From the IMG/VR virus record IMGVR_UViG_3300042477_000341: a stretch of 64,000 nt of DNA; one strand, given 5' to 3'. The stretch's first letter is position 1. Each line of letters starts with the position of its first letter. The notes beneath the pieces were generated by a model. It was not told the DNA's origin and did no database searches. It worked only from the letters and a program-made list of their open reading frames with translations. The translations under genes were made by a program, and so were the position numbers. Origin of the DNA: an uncultured virus (IMG/VR IMGVR_UViG_3300042477_000341). Taxonomy: Duplodnaviria > Heunggongvirae > Uroviricota > Caudoviricetes. Positions 1 through 11,767 of this stretch are shown here, piece by piece.

Positions 1-1504
1 TGAAGTCCCATACGTTTACTGCGGATGTCCTATTTATACCATTTACATAGATTGAGGATATTCCTGCTTTTGTTATGACCCCCGCATTATTCCACTCGTA
101 CCGACTGGCTAATCCGCTCACTAAAACATTGTCGTCGTACTGAGGGGTAAATATAACTTCTACTGTTGAAATTGCTGGGACGTTATTTAAAGAAAATCCG
201 TGTCCGTCATACATAGTAAGACCATTGTTTTTATTATATGACAACGTCTTGCTATTTGTCTTTGGCAAAGAATAGTCATAATTCGAAGATATATAATATC
301 CAGAATTGTCGCTGTAGAAATTCTTTGAACCGTAAAAAGCAATGTCTAGGGATTTTAAAATCGGTAGATATCTGGTGGCATCGTCAGATGATAAAGTTAC
401 CCTTAGATAAATAATATCTGAAATTTGATTATCGTTTTTATTAAAGTATGGCAATGGCGATCCATTTGTGCAAGTTCTCCATGTTATGTTGTCTATGCTT
501 GCCTCTACTAAAATTCCTTTTACGTCATTTTCCCAGTGTATCTGTGAGCTAGTAATCCCTAGGTAATTTGGTACAATAAAATGATCTGTGAAAGAAAAAG
601 ACTTGGCCCCAACTGCCTCTGGAATATATACAGAAGACTGATCACTTGATAAATACTGGCCATTAATATTTAGCTCGCTCCATAATTTTGATACAGGATA
701 TGTATATGAAAATTTGCGCTGCATAGATTCTGTGTTCATGCTAAAAAGGTAACCGCCATCTATAGACGCTATTTGAGATACATTAACTTCCTTTGTACCC
801 TCATTGTAATGACTTAAAATCTGAGAAGGTGATAAGGCATACCTATAAAATCCTACTGAGTCTATTACAAATTTTCCTGTAGAAGGACCACTTTTAAATG
901 TTGCAATGTCATTTAAAAATTTATAATTATCTACAGATGTGGTGTCAACCAAAATACCGTTGACATACAAAGACAAAAGATTGCTTTGGAATATACCTAC
1001 TACATGAATTGCTTCAGAATTAGATACTGTATGTTCTGCCTTATTGGCACCTACTTGAAATATAATATTACCATTTTCATAGAATATTCCAGTGTCTGTA
1101 GCCGTGTCTCCCACAACTGTTGCAGTAGCATTATATGCTGGAAGCAAAACCCAGGCCTCTATTGAAAAAGTATTATCTTTATAATTTTTGTTTGCTATTC
1201 CTTTTGGGCTATAGGTAATTTCAGTAAGTGGCAACATTTCTGTTCCTCTTATTCCTCCCGCCACCAAGGGCATTATTTGCCTTAAAGATGTCGAAGAAGC
1301 AGATCCATTATTTAAGCTTCCAGAGTAGTCGTAAACAGAGATTCCACCTAATTGTGCATAAACTAATCCGCTATCTTTTAAATCTTGATATGTAGCAAAC
1401 TGTGATAATAGCTCGGTGTAGTCTGCTATTTGCCCAGACTCTACTTCATCTAATAAATAAAATGAGTTTGGAAAGTCGTTTAAGACTGTATTTTTGTATG
1501 ACAT
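1..1504 (-). CDS. LamG/concanavalin-A-like virion (tail) protein, runs off the window start
   Basis: Not in the ORF track. ATG at 1504 after a GGAGG RBS; translates MSYKNTVLNDFPNSFYLLDE...FSIEAWV...HVVGIFQSNLLSLYVNG...IDSVGFYRYALSPSQILSHY, a LamG-type pattern. Confidence 0.75.
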   Translation of the reverse strand, partial: MSYKNTVLNDFPNSFYLLDEVESGQIADYTELLSQFATYQDLKDSGLVYAQLGGISVYDYSGSLNNGSASSTSLRQIMPLVAGGIRGTEMLPLTEITYSPKGIANKNYKDNTFSIEAWVLLPAYNATATVVGDTATDTGIFYENGNIIFQVGANKAEHTVSNSEAIHVVGIFQSNLLSLYVNGILVDTTSVDNYKFLNDIATFKSGPSTGKFVIDSVGFYRYALSPSQILSHYNEGTKEVNVSQIASIDGGYLFSMNTESMQRKFSYTYPVSKLWSELNINGQYLSSDQSSVYIPEAVGAKSFSFTDHFIVPNYLGITSSQIHWENDVKGILVEASIDNITWRTCTNGSPLPYFNKNDNQISDIIYLRVTLSSDDATRYLPILKSLDIAFYGSKNFYSDNSGYYISSNYDYSLPKTNSKTLSYNKNNGLTMYDGHGFSLNNVPAISTVEVIFTPQYDDNVLVSGLASRYEWNNAGVITKAGISSIYVNGINRTSAVNVWDF

Positions 1505-1522
1505 TCCATCCTCCTTTTTAAA

Positions 1523-1720
1523 TTAAAGTGCTGCTATTTGTGTTTGCTTTTCAGCAATAAGTGTATTTAAAGTTGCAACAGTTGTATCGTCTGGATCAGA
1601 CTTTGCATTTTCAGCGATAAGTCTTACTTCAAGTGTATACATCTGATACTCTAGGCTTCTAATTTCTGCTTTAGCAATTGCTGCTTTCTCGTCATTTGTT
1701 AGAACTGTGTATGTTGGCAT
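1523..1720 (-). CDS. small coiled-coil hypothetical protein
   Basis: 65 aa ORF with GGAG RBS, in operon. Confidence 0.7.
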   Translation of the reverse strand: MPTYTVLTNDEKAAIAKAEIRSLEYQMYTLEVRLIAENAKSDPDDTTVATLNTLIAEKQTQIAAL

Positions 1721-1721
1721 T

Positions 1722-1937
1722 TTATTCTCCTTCTTCTATTTTTGTTTTTTCGGATTCAATGGCTTGAATCTTTTGATCTATTGACTCTATGCTGAGGTTT
1801 ATTTCAGCAAGCTCCTCCTGAGTTAAGTCAGGAGTAATTTTATTTGTGCTAGTATATTTGTTACAATTAAGTTCTTTTATATACTGATTTAAAATAAAAA
1901 CTTTTTCTTCTTTTGTTATCATATCATAAACCTTCAT
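1722..1937 (-). CDS. small coiled-coil hypothetical protein
   Basis: ORF track; start moved to ATG 1937, which overlaps the upstream stop. Confidence 0.6.
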   Translation of the reverse strand: MKVYDMITKEEKVFILNQYIKELNCNKYTSTNKITPDLTQEELAEINLSIESIDQKIQAIESEKTKIEEGE

Positions 1938-3766
1938 TATATCCAACTGGACCAAGGGCCGTCAAATATTGCAAAAGTATTGTCATTTTGCCCATAAAGT
2001 CTACATCTCAGATATCTTGCGTTGGCGCTGTATGGTAAATCTGTTGTTGATCTAACCCAATAATTCCAGTTATATCCATTTACTGGACCCCTTGTCATAG
2101 ATGTTGTATAGTTTATTGTACTGTTAGCAATTGCAGTTCCGCCTCCTTGGGCTGTTCTAACTTCCCACTCAATTCCAAATGGTGTGAACGCACCGCTAAA
2201 TGATGGGTTATCAATACCCCATTTTATTTGACTTCCAGTTCTTTCAAACTGAACAGTTGGCACACCAACTGAAGGGGGGGCTGCTGTTGTAGTTGCCGAT
2301 GCAGTTCCGTCACCTCCATAGCCATATCCTGTTTTATTTGCAGCAATTGTTACATAGTATGTTGTGCTTGAAGATAAACTTGATACAGAATATGAGGTAT
2401 TAGTTGTTGTTGTATTAACTATATTTGTTCCGCCAGAAGATGTTCCAACTTTTACAGAATAAAAAGCTGCTCCAGATACTGCCGACCATGAAATTGTAAA
2501 TGAACTTGAAGTTATTCCGCTTGTAGATGGGCTAGGTGCGCCTGGAGCAGTATATGCAATTGTAGCTGATGTTTTGTATGATCCATATGGTGTCCAAACA
2601 TTGTTGTCACCTGAAGCAGATATATAAAAATAGTATGTGCTTCCTTCGCTACCTGAAATACTATAGCTTGCAGCAGTTCCTGTCCATTCTGGTGAATCAT
2701 AGGACACAGCGGGGTCTAAAGAAATTGAAGATGCGGTAGTCCAATACACTCTATACTTTGTTGCATTTGTTGCTCCGCCCCAAGATACGGATAAATTTGA
2801 AGTACTTGCAGAACTGCTAGCGAATGTAGGGGATGTTGCGTTAGGTTGAACAAGGTTTCCGCTGCCAGTTCCATAATCGCTTCGTGTTGCTGCAGCCGCT
2901 ATAGCAGATGCCACTGATGATCCGTATCCTTGAACATTTCCTGAAGTTCTAGGGTATATAGTAAAGTTTCTAGCACTATCATCAGGAGGATTATAAACAT
3001 AACTTGTTACGTTACCCACATTTCCAAAAAAAGTACCGTTAACGTAAAGATCATAAGATACTGCGCCAATAGCTGCAGGCCAACTCAAAGAAATCCGTCT
3101 AGTTGTATTTACTGCTCTTACTGAAAATGATGCGTTACCTGCAGTTCCTGTACCGTTAAATGTTCGTGCTCCAATATTAACACTTGGTGACCCTGCAGAT
3201 CCTCCCGATGTAGTTTCATATGTGGTTGCATTTAATATAGAGTTCCAGGATCCGCTGTAGCTTAAACCATTTGGGTTAAATGAGACTGTTGGTGTAGAAA
3301 CTGACTGTGTTGTATTTGAACCTGTTAATGATGTGACGTGTGGGAGCATTTGGGTTCCAGTAGTAGAAGAAGTTGTTGTGTTACCTCTTTGATTAGTAGC
3401 TCGTACTTTAACTCCAATCACTGATTCTGCATCTGCCGAAACAGTTGTATATGTAGAAGATGTCGCTCCAGAAATGTCTGAACCTGACCTAGTCCACTGA
3501 TATGTATATGATGTTGGAACATACGCATCATTGGAATTCCATGAGCCTACAGATGCACTATATGTACAACCAAGTCTACCGTCGAGTCCTGATGATACTG
3601 TTATAGATGGATTTGAAGAAGAAGATGGAAATTCTGGGTAGTTTATTAGCCAACTTGTCCCATTATAAATCCAAGCTTGCTTTGCGGTTGACCAAGACGA
3701 ACCATTATAAATCTTTAATGATTTTTGTGTTTGCCATGTTGTTCCATCATATGCTTTTATAGTCAT
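1937..3766 (-). CDS. Ser/Thr-rich virion protein with Ig-like and fibronectin type III domains
   Basis: YTYQWTRSGSDISGATSSTY Ig-like motif; FN3-like ISWSAVSGA...YSVSSLSSSTTYYV. Confidence 0.75.
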   Translation of the reverse strand: MTIKAYDGTTWQTQKSLKIYNGSSWSTAKQAWIYNGTSWLINYPEFPSSSSNPSITVSSGLDGRLGCTYSASVGSWNSNDAYVPTSYTYQWTRSGSDISGATSSTYTTVSADAESVIGVKVRATNQRGNTTTSSTTGTQMLPHVTSLTGSNTTQSVSTPTVSFNPNGLSYSGSWNSILNATTYETTSGGSAGSPSVNIGARTFNGTGTAGNASFSVRAVNTTRRISLSWPAAIGAVSYDLYVNGTFFGNVGNVTSYVYNPPDDSARNFTIYPRTSGNVQGYGSSVASAIAAAATRSDYGTGSGNLVQPNATSPTFASSSASTSNLSVSWGGATNATKYRVYWTTASSISLDPAVSYDSPEWTGTAASYSISGSEGSTYYFYISASGDNNVWTPYGSYKTSATIAYTAPGAPSPSTSGITSSSFTISWSAVSGAAFYSVKVGTSSGGTNIVNTTTTNTSYSVSSLSSSTTYYVTIAANKTGYGYGGDGTASATTTAAPPSVGVPTVQFERTGSQIKWGIDNPSFSGAFTPFGIEWEVRTAQGGGTAIANSTINYTTSMTRGPVNGYNWNYWVRSTTDLPYSANARYLRCRLYGQNDNTFAIFDGPWSSWI

Positions 3767-3774
3767 ATGTTATC

Positions 3775-4503
3775 CTAGTAGAAAATATATAAATCGCCAG
3801 CTGCAGTGCCAGTTGGTGGCGTTCCAGTTGTGTTATAGAATATTTTATTTGAGTTTGCAGTATTTGTTCCGTTTGAATATGCTGTAGTTGCTACAGTTGC
3901 CCATGACTCTGCCGTTCCATTTGTAGTTAGAAATTTTCCAGAGTTTCCAGACTGCGCTGGTAAAGAATATTGTGCAACCGTATTCCATAAAGTCGAAGTA
4001 CCATTTGTACTTAAGAATTTTCCAGAGTTACCAGTTTGTGAAGGAAAAGTTTCCCCTGTGGGACCTGTAGGTCCTGGGACTGTGCTGTCGGCGCCTGTTG
4101 CGCCAGTGGCACCTGTAGCGCCCGTAGCGCCTGTTGGACCTACTACTGTGCTGTTAGCGCCAGTTGCGCCTGTTGCGCCTGTAGGTCCTGGGACTGTGCT
4201 GTCGGCGCCTGTTGCGCCAGTGGCACCTGTAGCGCCCGTAGCGCCTGTTGGTCCTGCGACTGTGCTGTTAGCGCCAGTTGCGCCAGTGGCACCTGTAGCG
4301 CCTGTTGATCCTGTTGCACCTGTTGGGCCAACAATTGTGCTGTCGGCGCCTGTTGCGCCAGTGGCTCCTGTTGCACCTGTGGCACCAGTAGCACCTGTAG
4401 TAAGTCTTTGTAGAGTCCATGCTGTGCCATCCCATATCCAAGTGTTCTGGCTACTTGTAAATAATTGATTTAATGAGGGGCTATTTGGAAAGTCTATTGG
4501 CAT
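3775..4503 (-). CDS. collagen-like (GAT/GPT repeat) fibre protein
   Basis: long Gly-X-Thr repeats; N-terminal PIDFPNSP...WIWDGTAW. Confidence 0.8.
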   Translation of the reverse strand: MPIDFPNSPSLNQLFTSSQNTWIWDGTAWTLQRLTTGATGATGATGATGATGADSTIVGPTGATGSTGATGATGATGANSTVAGPTGATGATGATGATGADSTVPGPTGATGATGANSTVVGPTGATGATGATGATGADSTVPGPTGPTGETFPSQTGNSGKFLSTNGTSTLWNTVAQYSLPAQSGNSGKFLTTNGTAESWATVATTAYSNGTNTANSNKIFYNTTGTPPTGTAAGDLYIFY

Positions 4504-4511
4504 AATATCTC

Positions 4512-4772
4512 CTATACTCCCGCAATCGCTTTAGCTTCGGCTTCTGTTAAGCCTAACGCCTGCAACTTACTAAGAGCTGAATTTTTTGCTTCTTCTTTAT
4601 CTAAAATATCTTGTGCTTCTTTATCTTCTATTGCTTTAATTGCATCGCTTAACTGCTTTGCAGTTGGAACTGGATATTCTTGACCTACCCAAGTTATCAT
4701 AGATATGTCATCATTTACCATACTAAATACAGCATCTGGATACAAATAAAGTATTGCGTTAAAGTTTTTCAT
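4512..4772 (-). CDS. putative tail-fibre assembly chaperone
   Basis: 86 aa; C-terminal [18 protein letters not shown]; follows a fibre gene. Confidence 0.5.
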   Translation of the reverse strand: MKNFNAILYLYPDAVFSMVNDDISMITWVGQEYPVPTAKQLSDAIKAIEDKEAQDILDKEEAKNSALSKLQALGLTEAEAKAIAGV

Positions 4773-6628
4773 GCTAGTATCTCCATTGCTATAATTTGAA
4801 TTGGATTTCCACTTGGATTAGCACCCCAGTTATTTGCGCTAAGGACGTTGTTAATCTGAATTTTATAAGTTGTTGCACTTGTAGTTGCTGGAGAATCTAT
4901 ATACTGAATTGAATATTGAGCATAGTTTCCAGTATTAACTCCCCCACCATTTGGATAATAAGTACCTAGTACTGCTGAAGTTAATGATGTAGAATTTTTT
5001 ACAAGTTGAACCAAACCAGATTGATATGATGGACCAGTACCTAAAATTAAAAATGATGTCATTACAAGAATTTTACTTGTTGAAAGTGTTGGGGTAATTG
5101 TTACAGATAATCCGCTAACATCTACATATCCTGCTCCACCTGTTGAAGATGTAGTATTTGATGTTGTAGCACTAACAACTTGAACTATTTTTCCACCGCT
5201 TGCTCCTGGTAAACCAGTGGCGCCTGTTGCGCCTGTTGCTCCTGTTGGTCCTGCTACTGTGCTATCTGCGCCTGTTGCGCCTGTTGCACCTGTTGGTCCT
5301 GTAGCGCCTGTTGGACCTGCTACTGTGCTGTTAGCACCAGTTGCGCCTGTTGCGCCTGTAGGTCCTGGAACTGTGCTGTTAGCGCCAGTTGGGCCTGTTG
5401 GGCCCGCTACTGTACTATCTGCGCCTGTTGCGCCTGTAGAACCTGTTGCACCAGTTGCGCCTGTTGCGCCTGTAGAACCTGTTGCGCCTGTTGCGCCTGT
5501 TGCTCCTGTAGGTCCTACTATTTGTCCGACTGAACTCCATGAGGATCCGTCCCAAATGTAAAGATCTCCATCTGATTCAACAATTCTTCCATCATTTAAA
5601 GTATTGCCAGTAGACGGTAAAGAAGGTACTGTTGCTACTGAAGGCTTTAAGTTTACGGCAACTCCTTGAGTTCCTGTGGCACCTGTTGGTCCTGTTACAC
5701 CTGTAGAGCCTGTTGCTCCTGTTGGTCCAGATAAAGAAGAACCAGTTTCTATCCAGAACGAATCGTAGTAAGTATAACTTTTACCATTTTCAGTATTAAA
5801 CCACGCTTGTCCTTGGATTGGATCAAGTGGGGGAGTAGAAGAAGTTAAAGAAAATGTTGCTTGGGAACCAGTGGAGCCCGTTGCGCCTGTTGCGCCTGTT
5901 GCTCCTGTTGCGCCTGTAGGTCCTGCTACTGTGCTGTTAGCGCCAGATGCGCCTGTTGCACCTGTAGAACCTGTTGCGCCTGTTGCACCTGTTGGTCCTG
6001 CTACTGTGCTATCTGCGCCTGTTGCACCTGTAGAACCTGTTGGTCCTGTTGCACCTGTGGCACCTGTTGGTCCAGAAATTGGTCCTGCATTATCCCATTC
6101 GCTATTTACACTATCCCATACATGCAAATTGCCTTGCACCATGTAGCCATCTCCAGGATTTCCTGTTGGATGAGTTGATTGTAATAAAGCTAAAGAAGAA
6201 AAAGTTCCTAGAATGTCAATTCCAGTTCCAGCTTGACCAGTTGCACCTGTGGCACCTGTGGCACCTGTTGGGCCCGTAGAGCCAGTTGCGCCTGTTGATC
6301 CTGTTGGACCAGCGACTGTACTGTTAGCACCAGTTGGCCCTGTGGCACCTGTTGGGCCTGTAGGGCCTGCAACTGTGCTGTTGGCACCTGTAGATCCAGT
6401 AGGACCTGTTGCACCTGTGGCACCTGTTGGTCCTGCAACTGTGCTGTTAGCACCAGTCGACCCTGTAGCACCTGTTGCTCCTGTAGGACCAGTAGGTCCT
6501 GTAGCTCCTGGGTTTGCTGTTAAGTAATCATCAATGTCTTGTGCAAGATAACCTAAGTCTCTAGGAATGTCAGGAGACATATCCAGTGTTGGATATCTGA
6601 AATTCTTAGGAGTTAAATTACTAGGCAT
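4769..6628 (-). CDS. collagen-like tail fibre protein
   Basis: extensive GPT/GAT repeats; C-terminal GKIVQVVS...[14 protein letters not shown] tip domain. Confidence 0.8.
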   Translation of the reverse strand: MPSNLTPKNFRYPTLDMSPDIPRDLGYLAQDIDDYLTANPGATGPTGPTGATGATGSTGANSTVAGPTGATGATGPTGSTGANSTVAGPTGPTGATGPTGANSTVAGPTGSTGATGSTGPTGATGATGATGQAGTGIDILGTFSSLALLQSTHPTGNPGDGYMVQGNLHVWDSVNSEWDNAGPISGPTGATGATGPTGSTGATGADSTVAGPTGATGATGSTGATGASGANSTVAGPTGATGATGATGATGSTGSQATFSLTSSTPPLDPIQGQAWFNTENGKSYTYYDSFWIETGSSLSGPTGATGSTGVTGPTGATGTQGVAVNLKPSVATVPSLPSTGNTLNDGRIVESDGDLYIWDGSSWSSVGQIVGPTGATGATGATGSTGATGATGATGSTGATGADSTVAGPTGPTGANSTVPGPTGATGATGANSTVAGPTGATGPTGATGATGADSTVAGPTGATGATGATGLPGASGGKIVQVVSATTSNTTSSTGGAGYVDVSGLSVTITPTLSTSKILVMTSFLILGTGPSYQSGLVQLVKNSTSLTSAVLGTYYPNGGGVNTGNYAQYSIQYIDSPATTSATTYKIQINNVLSANNWGANPSGNPIQIIAMEILA

Positions 6629-6630
6629 TT

Positions 6631-7701
6631 TTAAATTATACCACTTTTAAGATTCTGAGCATCATGATAAAACGCAAGATTGTCATGCAGTCTTTGATCT
6701 TCACACAAAGAAACAGCTATTTCTCCATGCTTTGAAGCCTCTTCAAAGTCTCCTAGATTATAGTTTGCAAGGGCTAGTAGGTCATGGGGCTTCCATCCCC
6801 ATGCTTCTGACTCACAAAAATATCCTAAATACTTTTCTTTTATATTTAAAGCAAGTTGTGAATATTCTTTTACTCTGTACCAATCTCCTAATTCATAAAA
6901 ATGTTGAGCTAGGTCTACAAAAGGCTCTCTTCTTTCTGGGCATTCCTCAATAGCTTTTCTAAGCCAATACTCTTTATTATCTGGTTCACATTTAGCAATG
7001 TACCTAAGAGATTCACATCTTTCTGGCTTCCAATGGGCGGACTCTAAAGATAGGTGTCTTTTAAATTCAGCTGCCGACTCTTTATATCTAGCATAGAAAA
7101 ACAACTCACGAGCATAATAATGTGCACATCTATCACTTAAGGGATCTTCTTTTGCAGCCATTTCTAAAAGAGCAAGGTACTGTCCTCTAGATTTATTATT
7201 GTCTGGAAAATGAGATATTTTTACATCAATCTTTTTTCTTACTTCTTCTATTCCGTAAAACGAAACAGATTCATGAATTGGAAACTTCCATCTATGTCCG
7301 TGTCTTGAATGCATTCTTAATGCGTCAAACTCTGTTCCTGATTGTCCCGCTTCATCTATATGAGTAGCAAGTGTATGTATCGGTCTAGTTACATTAGAGC
7401 CTTCTAATGACTCTAATTCTTTTCTCCAGCCTTCTGAGAGTATTTCGTCCATATCTAAAGATATACAATAATCAATATCGGAGGGAAGTAGGGCAAGAGC
7501 TGCATTACGAGCATCATCAAATCGCCATGGATTTATAGAAATAGTATGCACGTTAATACCAAGTGATTTAGCTATCTCTACCGTTTTGTCTGTAGATCCT
7601 GTATCTGCAATTAATAAATAGTCAGCATCTTTTGCAGATTCATACCAACGGTTAACGAACTGCTCTTCATTTAAAGCAATTGTATATACTGCTATTTTCA
7701 T
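6631..7701 (-). CDS. family 2 glycosyltransferase with C-terminal TPR repeats
   Basis: [25 protein letters not shown] (DxD), IHE motifs; start corrected to 7701. Confidence 0.88.
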   Translation of the reverse strand: MKIAVYTIALNEEQFVNRWYESAKDADYLLIADTGSTDKTVEIAKSLGINVHTISINPWRFDDARNAALALLPSDIDYCISLDMDEILSEGWRKELESLEGSNVTRPIHTLATHIDEAGQSGTEFDALRMHSRHGHRWKFPIHESVSFYGIEEVRKKIDVKISHFPDNNKSRGQYLALLEMAAKEDPLSDRCAHYYARELFFYARYKESAAEFKRHLSLESAHWKPERCESLRYIAKCEPDNKEYWLRKAIEECPERREPFVDLAQHFYELGDWYRVKEYSQLALNIKEKYLGYFCESEAWGWKPHDLLALANYNLGDFEEASKHGEIAVSLCEDQRLHDNLAFYHDAQNLKSGII

Positions 7702-7718
7702 TAGTCTCCGACTTTTAT

Positions 7719-10112
7719 TTAGCCAATTACGTTGATTACACCTGTCATAGGAGAATGGAATTGACAAATATAGTATAGCGTATTAGGTGCTGTTGCGTCA
7801 ACAGTAAATGTAATTCCACCTACATCATCTCCGTTATTTGTAACTCCAGTGTTGTATTGGTTTGTAGTTCCAGTTGTCTGTGCTGTTTTAATCCAAAAAG
7901 GATGTCCAGAGGCATTGACTGTAAAGAAATATGTTTGACCTCTTACTAATGTCAGTGCTCTATTATCAAGCCCATCAATTGAATAAGCTCCAGATCCGCT
8001 ATTTGTAACTTGGAAATTATCTACAATACTTAACCCAGCTGGACCTGTTGGGCCAGTTGGACCTCCCGCTGGTCCGTCTGCGCCTGTTGGGCCTGTGGCT
8101 CCAGTAATGCCAGCGCCAGTTGCGCCTGTGGCTCCTGTGGCACCTGTTGGGCCTGTTGTGCCTGTTGGGCCTGTTGGGCCTTGAATGCTTGATCCATTTG
8201 CCCCAGTTGCACCTGTTGGGCCAGTTACTCCAACTCCTGTTGCTCCTGTTGCGCCTGCTGTGCCAGTTGGGCCTGTTGGGCCTTGAATGCTTCCAACATT
8301 TGTCCAAGCTGAGCCTGTCCAAACATAAAGCTCTCCAGCAACTAAATACGCATCTCCTGTTTGTCCAGATGGTTGTGCTGCTTGCAACTGTGCAAATGTG
8401 GAGTAAGACCCAAGAATTGAAACTCCTGTTCCGTCTGCTCCAGCTATTCCTGTTGCACCTGTTGGTCCTGTGGACCCTGTTGGGCCTGTTGGGCCTGCTA
8501 CTGTGCTGTTAGCGCCTGTTGCACCTGTTGGGCCTGTGGCTCCTGTATTTCCTTGAGCTAAAGTAAAGTTTAAAATAAGATCTGTTGTAGTTCCTGAATT
8601 TGTTACAGAAACAACACCAGTAGGCCCTGTTGAAGTTACCGTTCCTAAAGATATTGTAGTTGGTCCTGCTGGTCCCGTGGCGCCTGTTGGACCCTGCTTT
8701 AAAGTAAAATCAAGTACTGCAGAACCTAATGATCCCGAATTTGTAACTAAAGAATTTCCTGTTGGACCTGTGGTTGTAACTGTTCCAACTGCAACTGTAG
8801 GTGTTGCGCCTGTAGGTCCTGTTACTCCTGTTGGGCCTTGTTGTAAAACAAAGTCAAAAACTCCAACTGTATTGGTTCCTGAATTTGTTACTGATGGGGT
8901 TCCAGTTGGGCCTGTTGATGATGTTGTTCCTACTGAAATAGTAGCTGGTCCAGTTGCACCTGTAGGTCCCTGGAACTGTCCTGCATCAATCCAAACTGAG
9001 CCATCCCAAACATATAAATGTAAATCTGTTAGTACAATCCAAGCATCGCCAGATGTGTTGCTTCCGCTTGCAAGAGTTGGCAGTGAAGCAACATCTGCTT
9101 TTGTTCCTTTAATATTAATTGATCTTCCAGCTGTTCCTGTTGCCCCAGTAGCGCCTGTTGCGCCTCTTGCACCTGTTGCTCCTGTGTTTCCTGTAAAGCC
9201 TCTATAAGATCCTCCATTTTGCCATGCAACACCGTTATATATATAAATTTCTTGTGTTGCAAATACTATATAGGCAGCCCCTAGAATTGATGATTGTATA
9301 GGTGGTAAATCTCCTACTGTCTGAACAACTCCTTGAATCTGTATGCTTGTTCCATCCGCCCCTCTTGATCCTGTTGGACCTGTTGGACCTGTTATTCCTG
9401 TTGGGCCTGTTGGACCTGGTAAACCATTTGAACCAGAAGTACCACTTAATCCTGGTAGTCCAGCTACTGCAAAAACCCAATCAGAGTATGTACCTGTTCC
9501 ATTTGTTCTGTCTACTGATACTGTTATGCTTACATTTTTTACAACCTGAGTAATAGTTCCTTCTACATATGTAGTTAGAGCAAGTGGATTAATTACACGA
9601 ACACGTTGACCTGCTGTATATGCGCCACTATTATTTACAAAAAATACTTTTGCTCCAGTAGTAACTGCGTTTGTTGTTATAGAAACTACGTCAGAATATC
9701 CTGCACCAGAAGCACCAGTTGTACCGCCGCCTGAGCCTCCTCCTGAAAGTGTGCCAGAAAGATCTACGCCAGATATAGTTAATGAGTAGCAGTTTGGTGT
9801 TGTAGTAACTGCTGCAATTGATTCTCCAGCATTTAAAATTAATGAGTGCTCAAGCTTTAATGTTGTATTGTTTGGGACGTTTACATTTCCGTAAAGAGTG
9901 TATGGGTCTAAGCTTGACCTGTTAATGTTGTAAAGGTTGATAACCTGATCACCATTTTCTCCTAACAAGAAAATGCTAAATGGCAAGGTTGATCCGCTGA
10001 AGTTTGTTACAGTAAACTCTTTGATAATTATAGTTGATACAGCTGTATATATTTTAGCTGGAGATGCTGGAATTAATGAAGGTCCTGCAAATCTAATAGG
10101 AGCGTATGACAT
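7719..10112 (-). CDS. collagen-like virion protein with C-terminal cupredoxin-like domain
   Basis: G-X-T repeats; C-terminal GHPFWI...[11 protein letters not shown]. Confidence 0.75.
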   Translation of the reverse strand: MSYAPIRFAGPSLIPASPAKIYTAVSTIIIKEFTVTNFSGSTLPFSIFLLGENGDQVINLYNINRSSLDPYTLYGNVNVPNNTTLKLEHSLILNAGESIAAVTTTPNCYSLTISGVDLSGTLSGGGSGGGTTGASGAGYSDVVSITTNAVTTGAKVFFVNNSGAYTAGQRVRVINPLALTTYVEGTITQVVKNVSITVSVDRTNGTGTYSDWVFAVAGLPGLSGTSGSNGLPGPTGPTGITGPTGPTGSRGADGTSIQIQGVVQTVGDLPPIQSSILGAAYIVFATQEIYIYNGVAWQNGGSYRGFTGNTGATGARGATGATGATGTAGRSINIKGTKADVASLPTLASGSNTSGDAWIVLTDLHLYVWDGSVWIDAGQFQGPTGATGPATISVGTTSSTGPTGTPSVTNSGTNTVGVFDFVLQQGPTGVTGPTGATPTVAVGTVTTTGPTGNSLVTNSGSLGSAVLDFTLKQGPTGATGPAGPTTISLGTVTSTGPTGVVSVTNSGTTTDLILNFTLAQGNTGATGPTGATGANSTVAGPTGPTGSTGPTGATGIAGADGTGVSILGSYSTFAQLQAAQPSGQTGDAYLVAGELYVWTGSAWTNVGSIQGPTGPTGTAGATGATGVGVTGPTGATGANGSSIQGPTGPTGTTGPTGATGATGATGAGITGATGPTGADGPAGGPTGPTGPAGLSIVDNFQVTNSGSGAYSIDGLDNRALTLVRGQTYFFTVNASGHPFWIKTAQTTGTTNQYNTGVTNNGDDVGGITFTVDATAPNTLYYICQFHSPMTGVINVIG

Positions 10113-10126
10113 ACTTTAAATCCCCC

Positions 10127-10843
10127 TTAGACTATAGACCACTTAGATATTAGATCTTTTTCAACAGTTTCTTGTTCTGCAAACTGCAAAGCTCTATCGT
10201 AAATTAAAAATTCTCCAATTTTAAAGTTTCCATAAGATGAAATATATCTTCCCAATGACTGCCCTGTCATTGAAGATAGGGATCCTCCAGATACTGCACG
10301 AGAAACCTCAACTCTATTTCTTCTAACGGTTCTTTGGTTATTTGATGAATCATAAACAATTGTGTAAATTTCTGTTGTTCCCGCTGCTGCTGCTGTTACA
10401 ATAGAGCCTTGCTCATCATTGTAAAAACCAACTCTGTGAGTATTTGCAGTTAGGTTTCCAGCAAAGAGATTTGTTCTTGTTCCTGTAGCTGTTCCGCCAA
10501 TGATGTATGTATTATTGTTTGCTGGCTTTGAAGCAACATAAAAAATTGTAAAAGATCTTCCTGCAATATACGCTAAGGTTTGATCTGAGAATGTCATGAA
10601 ATCATCTGTACCATCAAACTGAAGTGCACCTAGTCCACCTAAACCTGTTGCTTGAAATAGTGGCTTATTTGCTTGGGTTGCCTGAACCATATGTCGACTT
10701 GCGCCTGACTTGTCGTTCCATGCTGAAACAAAGTTAGAGCCATCTCTAATTACTGTAGCTGGAAGTGAGGCATCTAAATGAAGTCTTAAGCCTAATGTTG
10801 TAAATCTAGCTCTACGAAAGTTTGAACGCTGATTAGGTAGCAA
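10127..10843 (-). CDS. LamG/lectin-like virion protein
   Basis: LHLDAS, VSAWNDKSG, LQFDGTDD, IGEFLIYDRAL motifs. Confidence 0.7.
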   Translation of the reverse strand: MLPNQRSNFRRARFTTLGLRLHLDASLPATVIRDGSNFVSAWNDKSGASRHMVQATQANKPLFQATGLGGLGALQFDGTDDFMTFSDQTLAYIAGRSFTIFYVASKPANNNTYIIGGTATGTRTNLFAGNLTANTHRVGFYNDEQGSIVTAAAAGTTEIYTIVYDSSNNQRTVRRNRVEVSRAVSGGSLSSMTGQSLGRYISSYGNFKIGEFLIYDRALQFAEQETVEKDLISKWSIV

Positions 10844-11287
10844 TTAGTTTTCCTCTGTCCCACCATATACTACAGGCTTTTCAGGCCATGTAATTTCTGA
10901 TATATTTGAATTTTCTTTTAGCAAGTTAAGTTTTTCTCTATACTTTACCCATGCTTGCTTGTCTTTTGCAGATAAGTCTGACTTTGTTTCAAGTCCTTCT
11001 GTAGAAATTAGTTCAAAATCAATATGAGCTAACAATATATCTTTTTGATCTTCTGCAGAAATTGACTCTACTCTTACATTGTAAACTTTGCCAGACTGTA
11101 GATATGGTTCGCATGGAACTAGTTTCTCTGTATTTGAATTGTATTCTAGGCTAGTAGTTACTGGGTACAAGTTATTATCTGTTAGGAAATCACCGTACTC
11201 TTCAGTTGAAGGAAACGATGTGTTTGGGAAAAGTATGGTTATATCACCAATACTCTTAATTTGATTGTTCTCAACTACTGCGTACAT
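10844..11287 (-). CDS. tail fibre assembly chaperone-like protein
   Basis: C-terminal WVKYREKL...ITWPEKP. Confidence 0.6.
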   Translation of the reverse strand: MYAVVENNQIKSIGDITILFPNTSFPSTEEYGDFLTDNNLYPVTTSLEYNSNTEKLVPCEPYLQSGKVYNVRVESISAEDQKDILLAHIDFELISTEGLETKSDLSAKDKQAWVKYREKLNLLKENSNISEITWPEKPVVYGGTEEN

Positions 11288-11305
11288 GTAATCCCCTTTT
11301 ATTTT

Positions 11306-11743
11306 TTAAACGAATAGGTCAGCAAATGCATAACCACCAAAAACAGTTGTTCCACCGTCTCTAGTGTAGAAATTCAATAGTGTTGTATTTGTTGATAGTA
11401 GTGGTGCAATGTTTGCTGCTCCGCCACCGTCCCACTTAATATTTCCTGGCCATGTAATTGTGTATGATCCGCCAGCTTTAATCTCTAGTTGCCAGAAGGC
11501 ACCTTTTGCTGTTGTTGGATAGTTATTAAATGAAACTGTTAAGTTTCCGTTTGCTATTACTTTGAATACGCCAGCTTCTGATAGGTTACATGCTACTGTT
11601 CCTCCAGCGTTCACTGTTCCTTTGTCTTGAAACTCGACTGGAATATTAAAGTATGTAAAACCTTGGCCATTGATTGGGGCCTGAAGGTATGTGTATGTCC
11701 ACAAAGATGGTGTAACAGCTTGTGGGCTCATTGATACTGGCAT
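11306..11743 (-). CDS. virion/tail fibre-associated protein
   Basis: ITWPGNIKWDGG...FYTRDGGTT pattern of fibre domains. Confidence 0.6.
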   Translation of the reverse strand: MPVSMSPQAVTPSLWTYTYLQAPINGQGFTYFNIPVEFQDKGTVNAGGTVACNLSEAGVFKVIANGNLTVSFNNYPTTAKGAFWQLEIKAGGSYTITWPGNIKWDGGGAANIAPLLSTNTTLLNFYTRDGGTTVFGGYAFADLFV

Positions 11744-11767
11744 TTTATTCTCCTTTTATTTCTTTAA

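Noticed and set aside
4058..9553. Plus-strand APVAPVGP ORFs and off-frame Gln-rich ORFs
   Set aside because: Antisense and frame shadows of the collagen repeats; no RBS or context.
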